Below, in pieces: positions 1-9,350 of a DNA stretch of 51,506 bases. The stretch is taken from the NCBI GenBank assembly GCA_050486345.1, contig JBJHDC010000004.1, positions 1 through 51,506 of the forward strand, written 5' to 3'. Within the stretch, counting starts at the first letter, position 1, and every line of letters begins with the position of its first letter. A program made the translations under genes and the position numbers. The notes below the pieces were generated by a model. That model ran no database searches, was not told the origin of the DNA, and saw only the letters and a list, made by a program, of their open reading frames with translations. Origin of the DNA: Dehalococcoidia bacterium. GTDB taxonomy: Bacteria > Chloroflexota > Dehalococcoidia > UBA2979.

Positions 1-1
1 G

Positions 2-283
2 AACCAGTTCCACGAACTGCAACACACGATCGCCTTCGATCTCGCATGGATGCAGGTCGAGAACCAGCGGGTATACGAGGCGTTCAGCGAGCTGGTTGAT
101 GCGCTCAAGCGCGAATGTGCTGAGCCGATCCGCGAAGCGTGGGAGACCGATCCCTCCGGCGACGTCGGCCTGTTACGCGGACAGGCCTTCGAGATTGACG
201 TGAGCCAGCAGATCGATGCCTACGTAGCAACGGTGCGGCGGCAGACTAGCTTCTGGGGCCTGCGCCGACGCATCGGACCGTGA
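2..283 (+). CDS. Hypothetical protein, C-terminal part (5' truncated by window edge)
   Basis: The frame of ORF 50..283 stays open back to position 2 (NQFHELQHTIAFDLAW-MQVEN...). No family recognised. Confidence 0.5.
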   Translation, partial: NQFHELQHTIAFDLAWMQVENQRVYEAFSELVDALKRECAEPIREAWETDPSGDVGLLRGQAFEIDVSQQIDAYVATVRRQTSFWGLRRRIGP

Positions 284-380
284 CGGGTCACCGGATCACG
301 TACCCTCCGATGCAGCGTTCCGATGAATCCGACGAGCCCGAGGACCGCACCGACGCGATCCGACGAGGAGGCAAGTGACC

Positions 381-983
381 ATGGTGACAGGCGAGCGGCT
401 GGACCCGGCGTGCACGGCGCTGGTCGTGTTCGACATGCAGAAGGGCCAGCTGGGCATCCCGTGGCGGAAGCAGTTCCTGGATGAGCAGCAGCTGATCCCC
501 CGCTGCGCCGAGCTGATCGAGATCGCCCGCACCGCCGGCATGCCCGTCATCTACGTGCAGAACGTGCGCCAGGCCAACGGCAAGGATCAGCCCGCCGTGA
601 TCACGGACGATAGCCTCGCGGGCGGCGCACCCGATGTGAGCAAGGTCCCGCCCGAGGAGCGCATGGACACCATCGACGAGCTGCGCCCGGAACCGCAGGA
701 CTTCATCGTCGGCAAGATCCGCTGGGGCGCCTTCCACTACACGATCCTCGATAGCCTCCTGCGCACCAACGGCATCGACACCGTGATCATGTGCGGAGTG
801 CGCACGCAGGTCGGCATCGAGGGCTCACTGCGCGACGGCCGCGAGCTCGGCTACCACATGATCGCCGCCCGCGACGCCACCGGCGGCTGCCCCCAGGAGA
901 TGCACGACTACCTGATGGACAACATTTTCCCGATGTTCTCGCGCGTGCGGACGGTGGGGGAGGTGCGGGGGATGGTGGGGTAG
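381..983 (+). CDS. Isochorismatase/cysteine hydrolase family protein (YecD-like)
   Basis: Motifs ALVVFDMQ, K in GKIRWGAF and GVRTQVGIEGSLRD. RBS GAGGAGG upstream; start ATG 381 (alternative GTG 375). Confidence 0.85.
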   Translation: MVTGERLDPACTALVVFDMQKGQLGIPWRKQFLDEQQLIPRCAELIEIARTAGMPVIYVQNVRQANGKDQPAVITDDSLAGGAPDVSKVPPEERMDTIDELRPEPQDFIVGKIRWGAFHYTILDSLLRTNGIDTVIMCGVRTQVGIEGSLRDGRELGYHMIAARDATGGCPQEMHDYLMDNIFPMFSRVRTVGEVRGMVG

Positions 984-985
984 GG

Positions 986-1054
986 GTTTGAGTGAGAACC
1001 CTACACGCCGACCACCGAGTAGGTTAGCAGGAGCACCAGATACCGAACTCAAAC
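986..1054. repeat. Nested imperfect inverted repeat
   Basis: GTTTGAGT (986-993) pairs with ACTCAAAC (1047-1054). Inner AACCCTAC (997-1004) pairs with GTAGGTT (1019-1025) with one bulge. Confidence 0.45.
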
Positions 1055-1081
1055 GATGGAGCCTTGGCCGCCGATCTCGTC

Positions 1082-1230
1082 ACCGCCGTTGACGACTCTC
1101 ACGGCCTCTTCAACGCCAGTCTCACCGCTGGCACCGCCGCGACATCGACGTGCGCGAGGGCGAGGTGGTCGACGCGGATGTGTTCAAGGTGCTGGTCGCG
1201 GAGGCGGTGACGCGGAACTCGGGAGCGTGA
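1082..1230 (+). pseudogene. Frameshifted 3' remnant of a DUF1801-family gene, paralogous to 42663..43061
   Basis: Reads TAVDDSHGLFNASLTAGT, then after a 1-nt shift at ~1135 RRDIDVREGEVVDADVFKVLVAEAVTRNSGA*. Aligns with AALEDPSGLFNASLEGSTRRAIDIQEGETLDAEAFKALIREAVSLN of the intact copy. 5' half missing. Confidence 0.8.
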
Positions 1231-1306
1231 CTGAGCTGCCATCTTGCGAAGCGCACCGAAGGCCTAGTCCACCGTCTCGCGCTAGGCATGCAACGAGGAT
1301 GCTGAC

Positions 1307-2179
1307 CTAGACGGCAGTGAGCTCGGTTCGAATCTTGTTCTGTCGGTAGTATCCATGACCGAGCGAAGCGGAGTTCGCGCTTGCTGCTCGTCTTGGCCAA
1401 CTCGCGCGGAACTCGTCGATGGTCTCGTCGAACGCGGCCGCGAGTGTTCCCGCGAACTCGTCCACCCTCGCGACTTGGCGCACCATCCGATCAAGCGACC
1501 GCTGTGCTCCGTCGAACAGGCGGTAACCCGGATAGAGCGGAAATTCCTCACTGCTATCATCAAGAAGTGCGACGGTCGCGAGGAACCAGACGACGGACTC
1601 ACGGTACTCCTCCTGGTCGATGAACGCCTTCTCGAGTCCAGCGTCCCAGGCGGACGAGAGATAACGCATCGGAAGATCCGCGTACCCGAGAAATGTCTCG
1701 GGAAAGAACAGGATGCTCAGTTCTGGAAGCGGCTTGAAAGACGTGCGGCCCCCGAGCAGCTCAAGTTCTAGGTCGGTCCGGAGGACAACCCGGAGGGAAT
1801 CAGGAGCCTTTTCTCGAACTGCCCTTCCTCCCACGATCAGGAGCAGTCGAAACGCGAGAAATGTGGGTAGCCCGGACGTGAAACGCAGCCCCGACTGACG
1901 GTCCCCGTAGGAGATCAGCGCGGACGCGACATGCAGGGCACCTTCCACACCGTCGCTCCAGTTCTCGCCAGCCGCTGCCGCGTAGAATTCCTCGACGGGG
2001 AACATCAACGGCTGGACTTCACTTACGAAGCTACTCGCGACGGGGATGATCTGGTCCTGGGTGATGTTGGGAGAAAGTTCGGCTCGCCGCTCCTGTAGTT
2101 GAGGAAGGAGTTCGTCGAGTGCGGCGACGACATCGCGCGCCGTAGCGCGCGCGAGCCGTCGACTTTGTGCGTCAGCCAT
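1307..2179 (-). CDS. Hypothetical 290-aa protein, translationally coupled to the upstream NDT-like gene
   Basis: Long ORF. ATG overlaps the upstream stop (ATGGCTGA); GAAGAGG lies 7 nt upstream. No family recognised with confidence. Confidence 0.75.
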   Translation of the reverse strand: MADAQSRRLARATARDVVAALDELLPQLQERRAELSPNITQDQIIPVASSFVSEVQPLMFPVEEFYAAAAGENWSDGVEGALHVASALISYGDRQSGLRFTSGLPTFLAFRLLLIVGGRAVREKAPDSLRVVLRTDLELELLGGRTSFKPLPELSILFFPETFLGYADLPMRYLSSAWDAGLEKAFIDQEEYRESVVWFLATVALLDDSSEEFPLYPGYRLFDGAQRSLDRMVRQVARVDEFAGTLAAAFDETIDEFRASWPRRAASANSASLGHGYYRQNKIRTELTAV

Positions 2180-2849
2180 GAGAGAGCCTCTTCGCCATCT
2201 CAGCCCAGGTTAGGTTGTCAGGCGGATCATCAAGCAGCGAACGAATCTCCGAAGAAGGTCGCGGTGCTCGCCCGAATCCAGACCATCCATGACCGCCGAC
2301 TTCCTCCTCGAGCTCCGTTACCCGGCGCTGAAGGTCAGCAAGATCTGCTATGGCCCCTGCCTCTTCCGAGTTCCCGCCCGATCGTAGGAAGTCGCTCACC
2401 GGATTGTCCTCGCGAGCCGGTTCACTATCGACATCGCGTAGTAGTCCCCGAATCGCGCCTGTAAGGGCTTCGCGTCCCTCCTCGGTCTGCCAATCATACT
2501 CGTGGTTAGCGTAGCCCTGTAGGTCGAACGGGATGTCCGTGCGCCGCTGCGCGATGATGATGCTGCGGTCGGTCAAAGTGTGACGGACTCCTAGCTCATA
2601 GAAGACGTTCGCATTGCGGTCCGTCAGATCTGCGATCACCACGTGCGCGGCCTGGAGATCCTGGAGGATACCCTTCACTAGATTGCCTCGGGTGGCGACC
2701 GATCGTCGGCACTCGTAGCCGAGATCGGGATCGCCTTCCACCGCGGGCTTGAGAAGCGTCTCGAAGATCTCCGTCCACTCCTCCTCTGAACATGAATGGG
2801 TCTCGGCAAACGGCATGATTACGAAACAGAGCCGCGCGGCCGAAGCCAT
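2172..2849 (-). CDS. Nucleoside 2-deoxyribosyltransferase-like (NDT/TIR-like fold) domain protein
   Basis: N-terminal CFVIMPF and IADLTDRNANVFYELGVRH...IPFDL motifs typical of NDT-like nucleotide hydrolase domains. Short coiled coil LADLQRRVTELEEEV. Confidence 0.8.
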   Translation of the reverse strand: MASAARLCFVIMPFAETHSCSEEEWTEIFETLLKPAVEGDPDLGYECRRSVATRGNLVKGILQDLQAAHVVIADLTDRNANVFYELGVRHTLTDRSIIIAQRRTDIPFDLQGYANHEYDWQTEEGREALTGAIRGLLRDVDSEPAREDNPVSDFLRSGGNSEEAGAIADLADLQRRVTELEEEVGGHGWSGFGRAPRPSSEIRSLLDDPPDNLTWAEMAKRLSHG

Positions 2850-2924
2850 CAGCAGGTTCCTCGGGGGAGACTCGTCGAGGCGGACCTCGCAGCAGAATGT
2901 GTCACACCCTCCATCTGCACCCCC

Positions 2925-5900
2925 CTAACTACACCCACTAGTCGCGCCGCAGTTCATGCACTTCAGGCAGGTGCCGTTGCGGACCATCATGAGCTGGCCG
3001 CAGTCGGTGCAGGGGTCGCCTTCGAAGCCGAGCTGGCGTGATTCCTCGCGGGTGAGGGTGCCGGTGGTGGCCGTGGCGACCGCGGCGGCGTGGCCGTTGT
3101 GGGCCTCGAGGGCTACCGCTACGTTCACGCGTCCCGCGCGTCCTTCGACAGGCTCAGGACGAACGGAGGGGGATGGCTCAGGACGAACGGCGGGGGAGAC
3201 GAGCTCGGTGCGCACGGCCACGGGCGCAGCCGCGGCACGCGGGCCGACTGCTGCTGCGGGGGCCGAGGCGTGGACGGGGCGCACCTGGGACTCCAGCGTC
3301 GCCTCGTCGGCGCGGTCGTCGCTGGTGGCCGGGTCCGTGACCAGCTCGATGGGGCCGGTGTGCGCGAGGTCGTCGCGGTCCAGGTAGGTGACGGCCAGCT
3401 CCCGGAAGATGTAGTCGATGATCGAGTTGGCGAACTTCACGCGGTCGTGACCCTGCACCGCGCCCATCGGCTCGAACTTCGTGAACACGAAGCGGTCCAC
3501 GAACTTCTCCAGCGGCACGCCGTACTGCAGGCCCATGGAGATGCTGATCGCGAAGCAGTTCATCAGCGAGCTGAACGCCGCGCCATCCTTGGACGTGTCC
3601 ACGAAGATCTCGCCCAGGCGGCCGTCGTCATACTCGCCGGTGTGCAGGTAGATGGTGTGGCCACCCACCTTCGACTTCTGCGTGTAGCCGGTGCGGCGCG
3701 TGGGCAGCTCCTCGCGCTCCGCGCGGGCGAGGCCGGCGGTGGCGGTCAGCTCCTCCACCTTCAGCGCCAGCATGCGCTCCGCGGCGGCGACCACGGCCTC
3801 CGCCTCCGGCGCATCGACGTCCTCGTCGTCGTACTCATCGATCGCGGCGGTGAGACTGTGTGCGAGCGGCTGCGAGAGCTTGGAGCCGTCCCGGTAGAGG
3901 GCCAGCGCCTTCACCATGCTCTCGGCGGCGGCGGTGTAGACCTCCTTCACCTCGTCAACGGTCGCCTCCAGCGGCATGTTGATGGTCTTGGAGATGGCGC
4001 CGCTGAGGAACGGCTGCGCCGCGGCCAGCGTGCGCACGTGCGCCATCGGCTCAATGAAGCGCGTGCCGTACTTGCCGCACTTGTTGGCGCAGTCGAAGAC
4101 CGCGTAGTGCTCCTCGCGCAGGTGCGGGGCGCCCTCCGTGGTCATGCGGCCCAGGATGTGGTCGTTGGCGGCCTCGATCTCCTCGCTGGAGAAGCCGAGC
4201 GCCGTCAGCATGTTGAAGCCGGGCTGCGCGAGCTCCTCGTCCGTGAAGCCGAGCGAGTCGCGGCAGAAGTCGTCACCCAGGGTGAAGCGGTTGAAGACGA
4301 AGGAGATGTGGAAGGCGGACTTCAGTCCCTCCTCCACGCTGTCCAGCGCGGCACGGGTGAAGCCGCGCTCCGCCAGCGTGTTGCGGTTGATGAAGGGTGC
4401 GCCCTCCAGCATCTGCGTGCCCACGGCGTACTCGATGATCGCGCGCGTCTGCTCCTTCGTGTAGCCGAGGCGCTTGAGGGCGGGGGGCACGGACTCGTTG
4501 ATGATGCGGAAGTAGCCGCCGCCGGCGAGCTTCTTGAACTTCACCAGCGCGAAGTCCGGCTCCACGCCGGTGGTGTCGCAGTCCATGAGCAGGCCGATGG
4601 TGCCCGTGGGGGCGATCAGGGTGGTCTGAGCGTTGCGGTAGCCGTGCGCCTCACCCAGCTCCAGCGCGCGGTCCCAGGCGGTGCGCGCGGAGGTGAGTAG
4701 ATCGGCCGGGCAGACCTCGGCGTCGATGCCGGTGGGGAAGACGCTCAGGCCCTCGTACTCATCGCGCGGCGCGTCGTAGGCGGCGCGGCGGTGGTTGCGG
4801 ATCACGCGCAGCATGTGCTCGCGGTTCTCCTCGAAGCGCGGGAAGGCGCCCAGCTCGCCGGCCATCTCTGCGGAGGTGGCGTAGGAGACGCCGGTGAGCA
4901 CGGCGGAGAGCGCCCCGGTCCACGCCAGCGCCTCCGGCGAGTCGTACGGGATCCCCTCCAGCATCAGCAGCGCACCGAGGTTGGCGTAGCCGAGGCCCAG
5001 CGTGCGGTAGTCGTAGGAGAGGCGCGCGATCTCCTCGGACGGGAACTGCGCCATCAGCACGGAGATCTCGAGCACCACGGTCCACAGGCGCGTCGCGTGC
5101 TCGTAGCCCTCGATGTCGAAGACGCCGGTCTCCAGGTCGGTGAAGGCGAGCAGGTTGAGCGAGGCGAGGTTGCAGGCGGTGTCGTCCAGGAACATGTACT
5201 CGGAGCAGGGGTTGGAGCCGTTGATGCGGCCACCCTCGGGCGTGGTGTGCCACTCATTGATGGTGGTGTCGTATTGCAGGCCGGGATCGGCGCTCTGCCA
5301 CGCCGCCATGGCGATACGGTCCCACAGCTCCCGCGCCGGCAGGGTCTTCGTCACGCGGCCATCGATGCGCGCCGTGAGGTGCCAGTCGCGGTCGTCGTTG
5401 ACGGCGTCCAGGAAGTCCTGCGTCACGCGCACGGAGTTGTTGGAATTCTGGCCGGAGACGGTGACGTAGGCCTCGCCCTGCCAGTCCGTGTCGAACTCGT
5501 TGAAGTCGAGCGTGGTGACGCCCTGGCTCGCCAGCTGCAGCACGCGCTGGATGTAGCCCTCGGTCACGCTGTCGCGGCGGGCGCGCTTGACGGCGCGCCG
5601 CAGCGGGCGGTTCGCGGCGATGTCCAGCCCACCGGCCTCCTCGTCCAGCGCGGCCTCGAGGATCGCGCGCAGGTGGCGGCGGGTGACGGCGGAGCCGGTG
5701 ACGAGTGAAGCGACCTTCTGCTCCTCGTTCACCTTCCAGTCGATGAACTGCTCCACGTCCGGGTGGTCCGCGTCCACGATCACCATCTTGGCGGCGCGGC
5801 GCGTGGTGCCACCGGACTTGATCGCGCCGGCCGCGCGGTCACCGATCTTGAGGAACGACATCAGCCCGGAGGACTTGCCGCCGCCGGAGAGGGATTCGTT

Positions 5901-6599
5901 CTCGCCTCGGATCTGGGAGAAGTTGGAGCCGGTGCCGGAGCCGTACTTGAAGATGCGCGCCTCGCGGGTCCAGAGGTCCATGATGCCGCCGGGGTTCACC
6001 AGATCGTCGGCCACGGACTGGATGAAGCAGGCGTGCGGCTGCGGGCGCTCGTACGCGCTCAGCGAGCGGCGCACCATGTCGGTGGCCGGGTCCACGTAGG
6101 AGTGGCCCTGGGCCGGGCCGGTGATGCCGTAGGCCCAGAAGAGGCCGGTGTTGAACCACTGCGGCGAGTTCGGCGCCGCCATCTGCCGCGCCATCATGTG
6201 GCAGAGCTCGTCGTGGAACGCCTGCGCGTCCGCCTCCGTGTCGAAGTAGCCGTACTTCCAGCCCCAGTAGGTCCACGTCCCGGCGAGCCGCTCGAAGGTC
6301 TGACGAGCGTCCGTCTCGCCGGCGAACTCGGCGTCCTCCGCGGGCAGGCGGCGCTGCAGCCACTCCGGCACGCCATCCTCCGCCACCGGCTCCGTCGCGG
6401 ACGGCACCCCCGCCTTGCGGAAGTACTTCTGCGCCATGATGTCGGAGGCGACCTGGGAGAATGCGGCGGGCATCTGCACGTCGCGCGCCTCGAAGACCAC
6501 GGAGCCATCCGTGTTCACGATGCGAGAGGTGCGGGGAGCGAAGGGGATGCCCTCGTAAGGGTCCTGGTAGGGGGTGGTAAAGCGGCGTTCAATGCGCAT
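2925..6599 (-). CDS. nrdJ: Vitamin B12-dependent class II ribonucleotide reductase
   Basis: [15 protein letters not shown], catalytic NPCSEY, IAPTGTI and GAISKTIN motifs. C-terminal TSCPD domain and CxxC...[11 protein letters not shown] tail. Confidence 0.97.
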   Translation of the reverse strand: MRIERRFTTPYQDPYEGIPFAPRTSRIVNTDGSVVFEARDVQMPAAFSQVASDIMAQKYFRKAGVPSATEPVAEDGVPEWLQRRLPAEDAEFAGETDARQTFERLAGTWTYWGWKYGYFDTEADAQAFHDELCHMMARQMAAPNSPQWFNTGLFWAYGITGPAQGHSYVDPATDMVRRSLSAYERPQPHACFIQSVADDLVNPGGIMDLWTREARIFKYGSGTGSNFSQIRGENESLSGGGKSSGLMSFLKIGDRAAGAIKSGGTTRRAAKMVIVDADHPDVEQFIDWKVNEEQKVASLVTGSAVTRRHLRAILEAALDEEAGGLDIAANRPLRRAVKRARRDSVTEGYIQRVLQLASQGVTTLDFNEFDTDWQGEAYVTVSGQNSNNSVRVTQDFLDAVNDDRDWHLTARIDGRVTKTLPARELWDRIAMAAWQSADPGLQYDTTINEWHTTPEGGRINGSNPCSEYMFLDDTACNLASLNLLAFTDLETGVFDIEGYEHATRLWTVVLEISVLMAQFPSEEIARLSYDYRTLGLGYANLGALLMLEGIPYDSPEALAWTGALSAVLTGVSYATSAEMAGELGAFPRFEENREHMLRVIRNHRRAAYDAPRDEYEGLSVFPTGIDAEVCPADLLTSARTAWDRALELGEAHGYRNAQTTLIAPTGTIGLLMDCDTTGVEPDFALVKFKKLAGGGYFRIINESVPPALKRLGYTKEQTRAIIEYAVGTQMLEGAPFINRNTLAERGFTRAALDSVEEGLKSAFHISFVFNRFTLGDDFCRDSLGFTDEELAQPGFNMLTALGFSSEEIEAANDHILGRMTTEGAPHLREEHYAVFDCANKCGKYGTRFIEPMAHVRTLAAAQPFLSGAISKTINMPLEATVDEVKEVYTAAAESMVKALALYRDGSKLSQPLAHSLTAAIDEYDDEDVDAPEAEAVVAAAERMLALKVEELTATAGLARAEREELPTRRTGYTQKSKVGGHTIYLHTGEYDDGRLGEIFVDTSKDGAAFSSLMNCFAISISMGLQYGVPLEKFVDRFVFTKFEPMGAVQGHDRVKFANSIIDYIFRELAVTYLDRDDLAHTGPIELVTDPATSDDRADEATLESQVRPVHASAPAAAVGPRAAAAPVAVRTELVSPAVRPEPSPSVRPEPVEGRAGRVNVAVALEAHNGHAAAVATATTGTLTREESRQLGFEGDPCTDCGQLMMVRNGTCLKCMNCGATSGCS
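3142..3198. repeat. REP-like element plus 24-bp tandem duplication inside nrdJ
   Basis: CCTTCGACAGGCTCAGGACGAACGG. The unit GGCTCAGGACGAACGG occurs at 3151-3166 and 3175-3190 and encodes [16 protein letters not shown] on the minus strand. Confidence 0.7.
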
Positions 6600-6692
6600 C
6601 GGGGGGCCTTCCTCGGGCTGATCTCCGCGATGCAGTGCCTGGGGTCGCTCCGGTGCGAACGTGCCAGCGGTTGGGGACGGTGGGCCGGCGGG

Positions 6693-6708
6693 ACACTACA
6701 TCTTGTGG
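6693..6708. promoter_or_regulatory. NrdR box
   Basis: ACACTACATCTTGTGG matches the NrdR consensus acaCwAtATaTwGtgt at 13/16 positions, ~95 nt upstream of nrdJ. A degenerate second box may lie 32 bp away (6661-6676). Confidence 0.8.
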
Positions 6709-6834
6709 TAATTGTGCATGCGCGTGAGCAGATGCTCCTTGCGCGGACCCGCATCATCGATCTCTTGAGGAAGGATGTCAACCTGATCGATCGCGTATGC
6801 AATTACCGGTCGTTCAACGGCCCGGGTTTCGCCT

Positions 6835-7926
6835 CTACGGCGCACCCCAATCATGCGCCTCGTACGCCCACTCGATGAGGTCGATGGCATCCTGCGCGCG
6901 GCTGGGGGCGTCGAGGAGCACGACATAAATCCGGTGGCCGTCACGCTCCACGGAGGCGGCGAAGGTGCGGCCGGCCTCCTCCGTGAAGCCTGTTTTCACG
7001 CCGTCGACACCGTCGGTGTAATTGAGTAGCGGGTTGTGGTTGTAGAGCTCGAAATCAATCACCTCGCCGGCGCGCACCCCGGTCACGGTGATCTCCTCGG
7101 TGCCCACGATCTCGCGGAGAGACTCGTAGCCCATGAGGTGGCGTGAGAGGAGCGCGAGGTCGTACGCGGTGCTGTACTGGCCGGGTTCGCTGAGGCCGTG
7201 CACGTTGCGGAACTGGGTGTCGTTGAGACCCAGCCGTTCCACCAGCAGGTTCATCGCCACCACGTACGCCTCTTCGGAGCCGGCGAGGTGGTGCGCCAGT
7301 ACCTGGGCGGCCTCGTTGCCGGAGACCAGCATGAGGCCGTAGAGCAGGTTCCGTAGTGACAGGGCGTCATTCGGCTCGATGCCCATCACCGTGCTGCCGG
7401 GCAGGTCCCAGTAGTGCACGTTCGAGACCGCGACGTCATCGAGGCTGGCGTGCTCCACCGTCACGATGGCGGTCACGATCTTTGTGAGGCTCGCCGGTTG
7501 TCGACGTTCTCGAGCGTTGAACTCGTAGAGGACGGCGAGCGAGTCGCCGTCCAGCACGACCGCGGACGCTGCTGAGATCTCGGGCGCCTCGATGCCAAGC
7601 GCAGTGGGGGCGGAGGCCGTCGGCGGTGAGAGGCCCGGAATCTGAATCGGTTCTGCGCGGAGGGTCGGCAGGGGCGTGGGGTTGGCAGGTGCGACCTCGA
7701 CAGCGGTGTCGGGTTCGGGGGTGCCCACCGGGGGCAAGGTGGCATCTGTGCTGCCGAAGGCGCGCCAGGCGATTCCAACGACCAGCGCCACCGGAATGAG
7801 CACCGCGATCGTGAACCAGATGGGCATGCCACTGCGCCGGCTTCGCCCCGTGTGGAGCGATCCGTATGACGGGCGGCGTCCGAAGCGCCGCCGCTCCCAG
7901 GGGTCGGGAATTCTGCGCCGGTTCAT
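6835..7926 (-). CDS. D-alanyl-D-alanine carboxypeptidase (peptidase S11)
   Basis: N-terminal TM anchor, Pro-rich linker, SxxK (ASLTK), SxN (SGN) and KTG motifs. Confidence 0.92.
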   Translation of the reverse strand: MNRRRIPDPWERRRFGRRPSYGSLHTGRSRRSGMPIWFTIAVLIPVALVVGIAWRAFGSTDATLPPVGTPEPDTAVEVAPANPTPLPTLRAEPIQIPGLSPPTASAPTALGIEAPEISAASAVVLDGDSLAVLYEFNARERRQPASLTKIVTAIVTVEHASLDDVAVSNVHYWDLPGSTVMGIEPNDALSLRNLLYGLMLVSGNEAAQVLAHHLAGSEEAYVVAMNLLVERLGLNDTQFRNVHGLSEPGQYSTAYDLALLSRHLMGYESLREIVGTEEITVTGVRAGEVIDFELYNHNPLLNYTDGVDGVKTGFTEEAGRTFAASVERDGHRIYVVLLDAPSRAQDAIDLIEWAYEAHDWGAP

Positions 7927-7944
7927 GACCGGGCCCCGCGTCTG

Positions 7945-9246
7945 CTAGCGATCACCCACGATGGCTTCCAGCTCCTCCGGCTTGGAGGGGATCCCTTCGC
8001 TCAGGTTACGCCGCCCGCGCGCCGTCACGGCGATATCGTCCTCGATTCGGATCCCAATGCCCTGCAGCCGCTTCGGCACGCCCCGCGCGCCCGGCGCGAA
8101 ATACAGGCCCGGCTCCACCGTGAGCACCATCCCCCGCCGCAGCGGGATCGACTTGCCATCAACGCGGTACGGGCCGGCATCGTGTACGTCCAGACCTAGC
8201 CAGTGGCTGGTGGAGTGCATGTAGTAGGGGCGGTAGTGCTCCTGCTCGATCAGCCCGTCCACTTCGCCCTTCAACACACGGAGGTGCACGAGGCCCTCAA
8301 CGAGCGTTCGCACAGCCGCGACGTGCACATCGTGGAACGCGACGCCCGGCGCCACGAGCTCAATCGCCCGCCGCTGCGCCTCCAGCACGATGTCGTACAC
8401 ATCACGCTGGGCGCGGGAGAACTTGCCGTTCGCGGGGTAGGTGCGGGTCACGTCCGCGCTGTAGTAGTCGTACTCCGCGCCCGTGTCGATGAGGAGCAGC
8501 TCGCCGTCCTCGAGCACGTCGCGGTTCGTCGTGTAGTGCAGCGTGCAGGCGTTGTCGCCGGCTGCAGCGATTGTCGGGAAGCTATCGCGCGGCGATCCGC
8601 CGCGGCGGTACTCAGCCTCCAGGACCGCCTGCACCTCGAACTCGTGCATGCCGGGCCGGGTGGCGCGCATCGCCGCCTCGAAGCCCGCGCCAGTGATATC
8701 GATGGCGCGCTGGAGCGCCTGGAGTTCTGCGTTGCTCTTGATCAGCCGCAGCTCATCGACCAGCGGCCCGGGGTCACGCACGGCCTCAACGGCGCGTGCG
8801 CCGCGCTGGCTGGCGGACCGGCGTGCTGCGACGAGGCGCGTGATCATCGGCTCCACCACGGGATGCGCGCCGAGCGAGAACCAGAGCGTGGAGGCGTCCC
8901 GCAGCAGCTCCGGCAGGCGTATCTCCAGCTCCTCGATGGGATACGCCGCGTCAGCGCCGTGGTGCTCAACGGCGCCCTCGACGCCTGCGCGGGGGCCGAC
9001 CCAGATCGCCATGTCCGGGTCAAACGGGCGCACGAAAAGGACGTAGGGCTGCTCGTGCCCGGGGCGGATGACCGCGACGCTATCCGGCTCCTCGAATCCC
9101 GTCAGGTAGTAGAAGGTCGAGGTCTGCCGGAACGGGTACTCCACATCGCCGTTGCGGATGGTGTCCGCTCCGGAGACGAAGATCGCGGCACTGTCCGATC
9201 CCAACCGTCGCGCCAGTCGCTGCCGTCGCTGCGCGAACTCGCTCAT
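7945..9246 (-). CDS. pepP: Xaa-Pro aminopeptidase (aminopeptidase P)
   Basis: FRQTSTFYYLTGFEEP, DTGAE...SADVTRT, HWLGLDVHD, TVEPGLY and GIRIEDD. Start may be 9246 or up to 9264. Confidence 0.93.
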   Translation of the reverse strand: MSEFAQRRQRLARRLGSDSAAIFVSGADTIRNGDVEYPFRQTSTFYYLTGFEEPDSVAVIRPGHEQPYVLFVRPFDPDMAIWVGPRAGVEGAVEHHGADAAYPIEELEIRLPELLRDASTLWFSLGAHPVVEPMITRLVAARRSASQRGARAVEAVRDPGPLVDELRLIKSNAELQALQRAIDITGAGFEAAMRATRPGMHEFEVQAVLEAEYRRGGSPRDSFPTIAAAGDNACTLHYTTNRDVLEDGELLLIDTGAEYDYYSADVTRTYPANGKFSRAQRDVYDIVLEAQRRAIELVAPGVAFHDVHVAAVRTLVEGLVHLRVLKGEVDGLIEQEHYRPYYMHSTSHWLGLDVHDAGPYRVDGKSIPLRRGMVLTVEPGLYFAPGARGVPKRLQGIGIRIEDDIAVTARGRRNLSEGIPSKPEELEAIVGDR

Positions 9247-9350
9247 CGCCGCTCCCATCATCACCGGGTGGGGAAGAAGATTCGTGTGGTCCGTCTAGGG
9301 TACCGCGCCAGAGGCTCTGTGCTCTCCCCGGGCATGTTCCTCGTGCTTCG

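Noticed and set aside
6600-6834. Possible cobalamin riboswitch upstream of nrdJ, or an intein within nrdJ
   Set aside because: No B12-box or GGGAA/GCCACTG elements seen. The protein is collinear with class II RNR, with no intein termini or endonuclease motifs.
3090-6878. Long plus-strand ORFs (536, 305 and 371 aa) antisense to nrdJ, and similar shadow ORFs across the window (e.g. 27349..28962, 37173..38744)
   Set aside because: Expected artefact of high GC3 codon bias on the opposite strand; no recognisable motifs.
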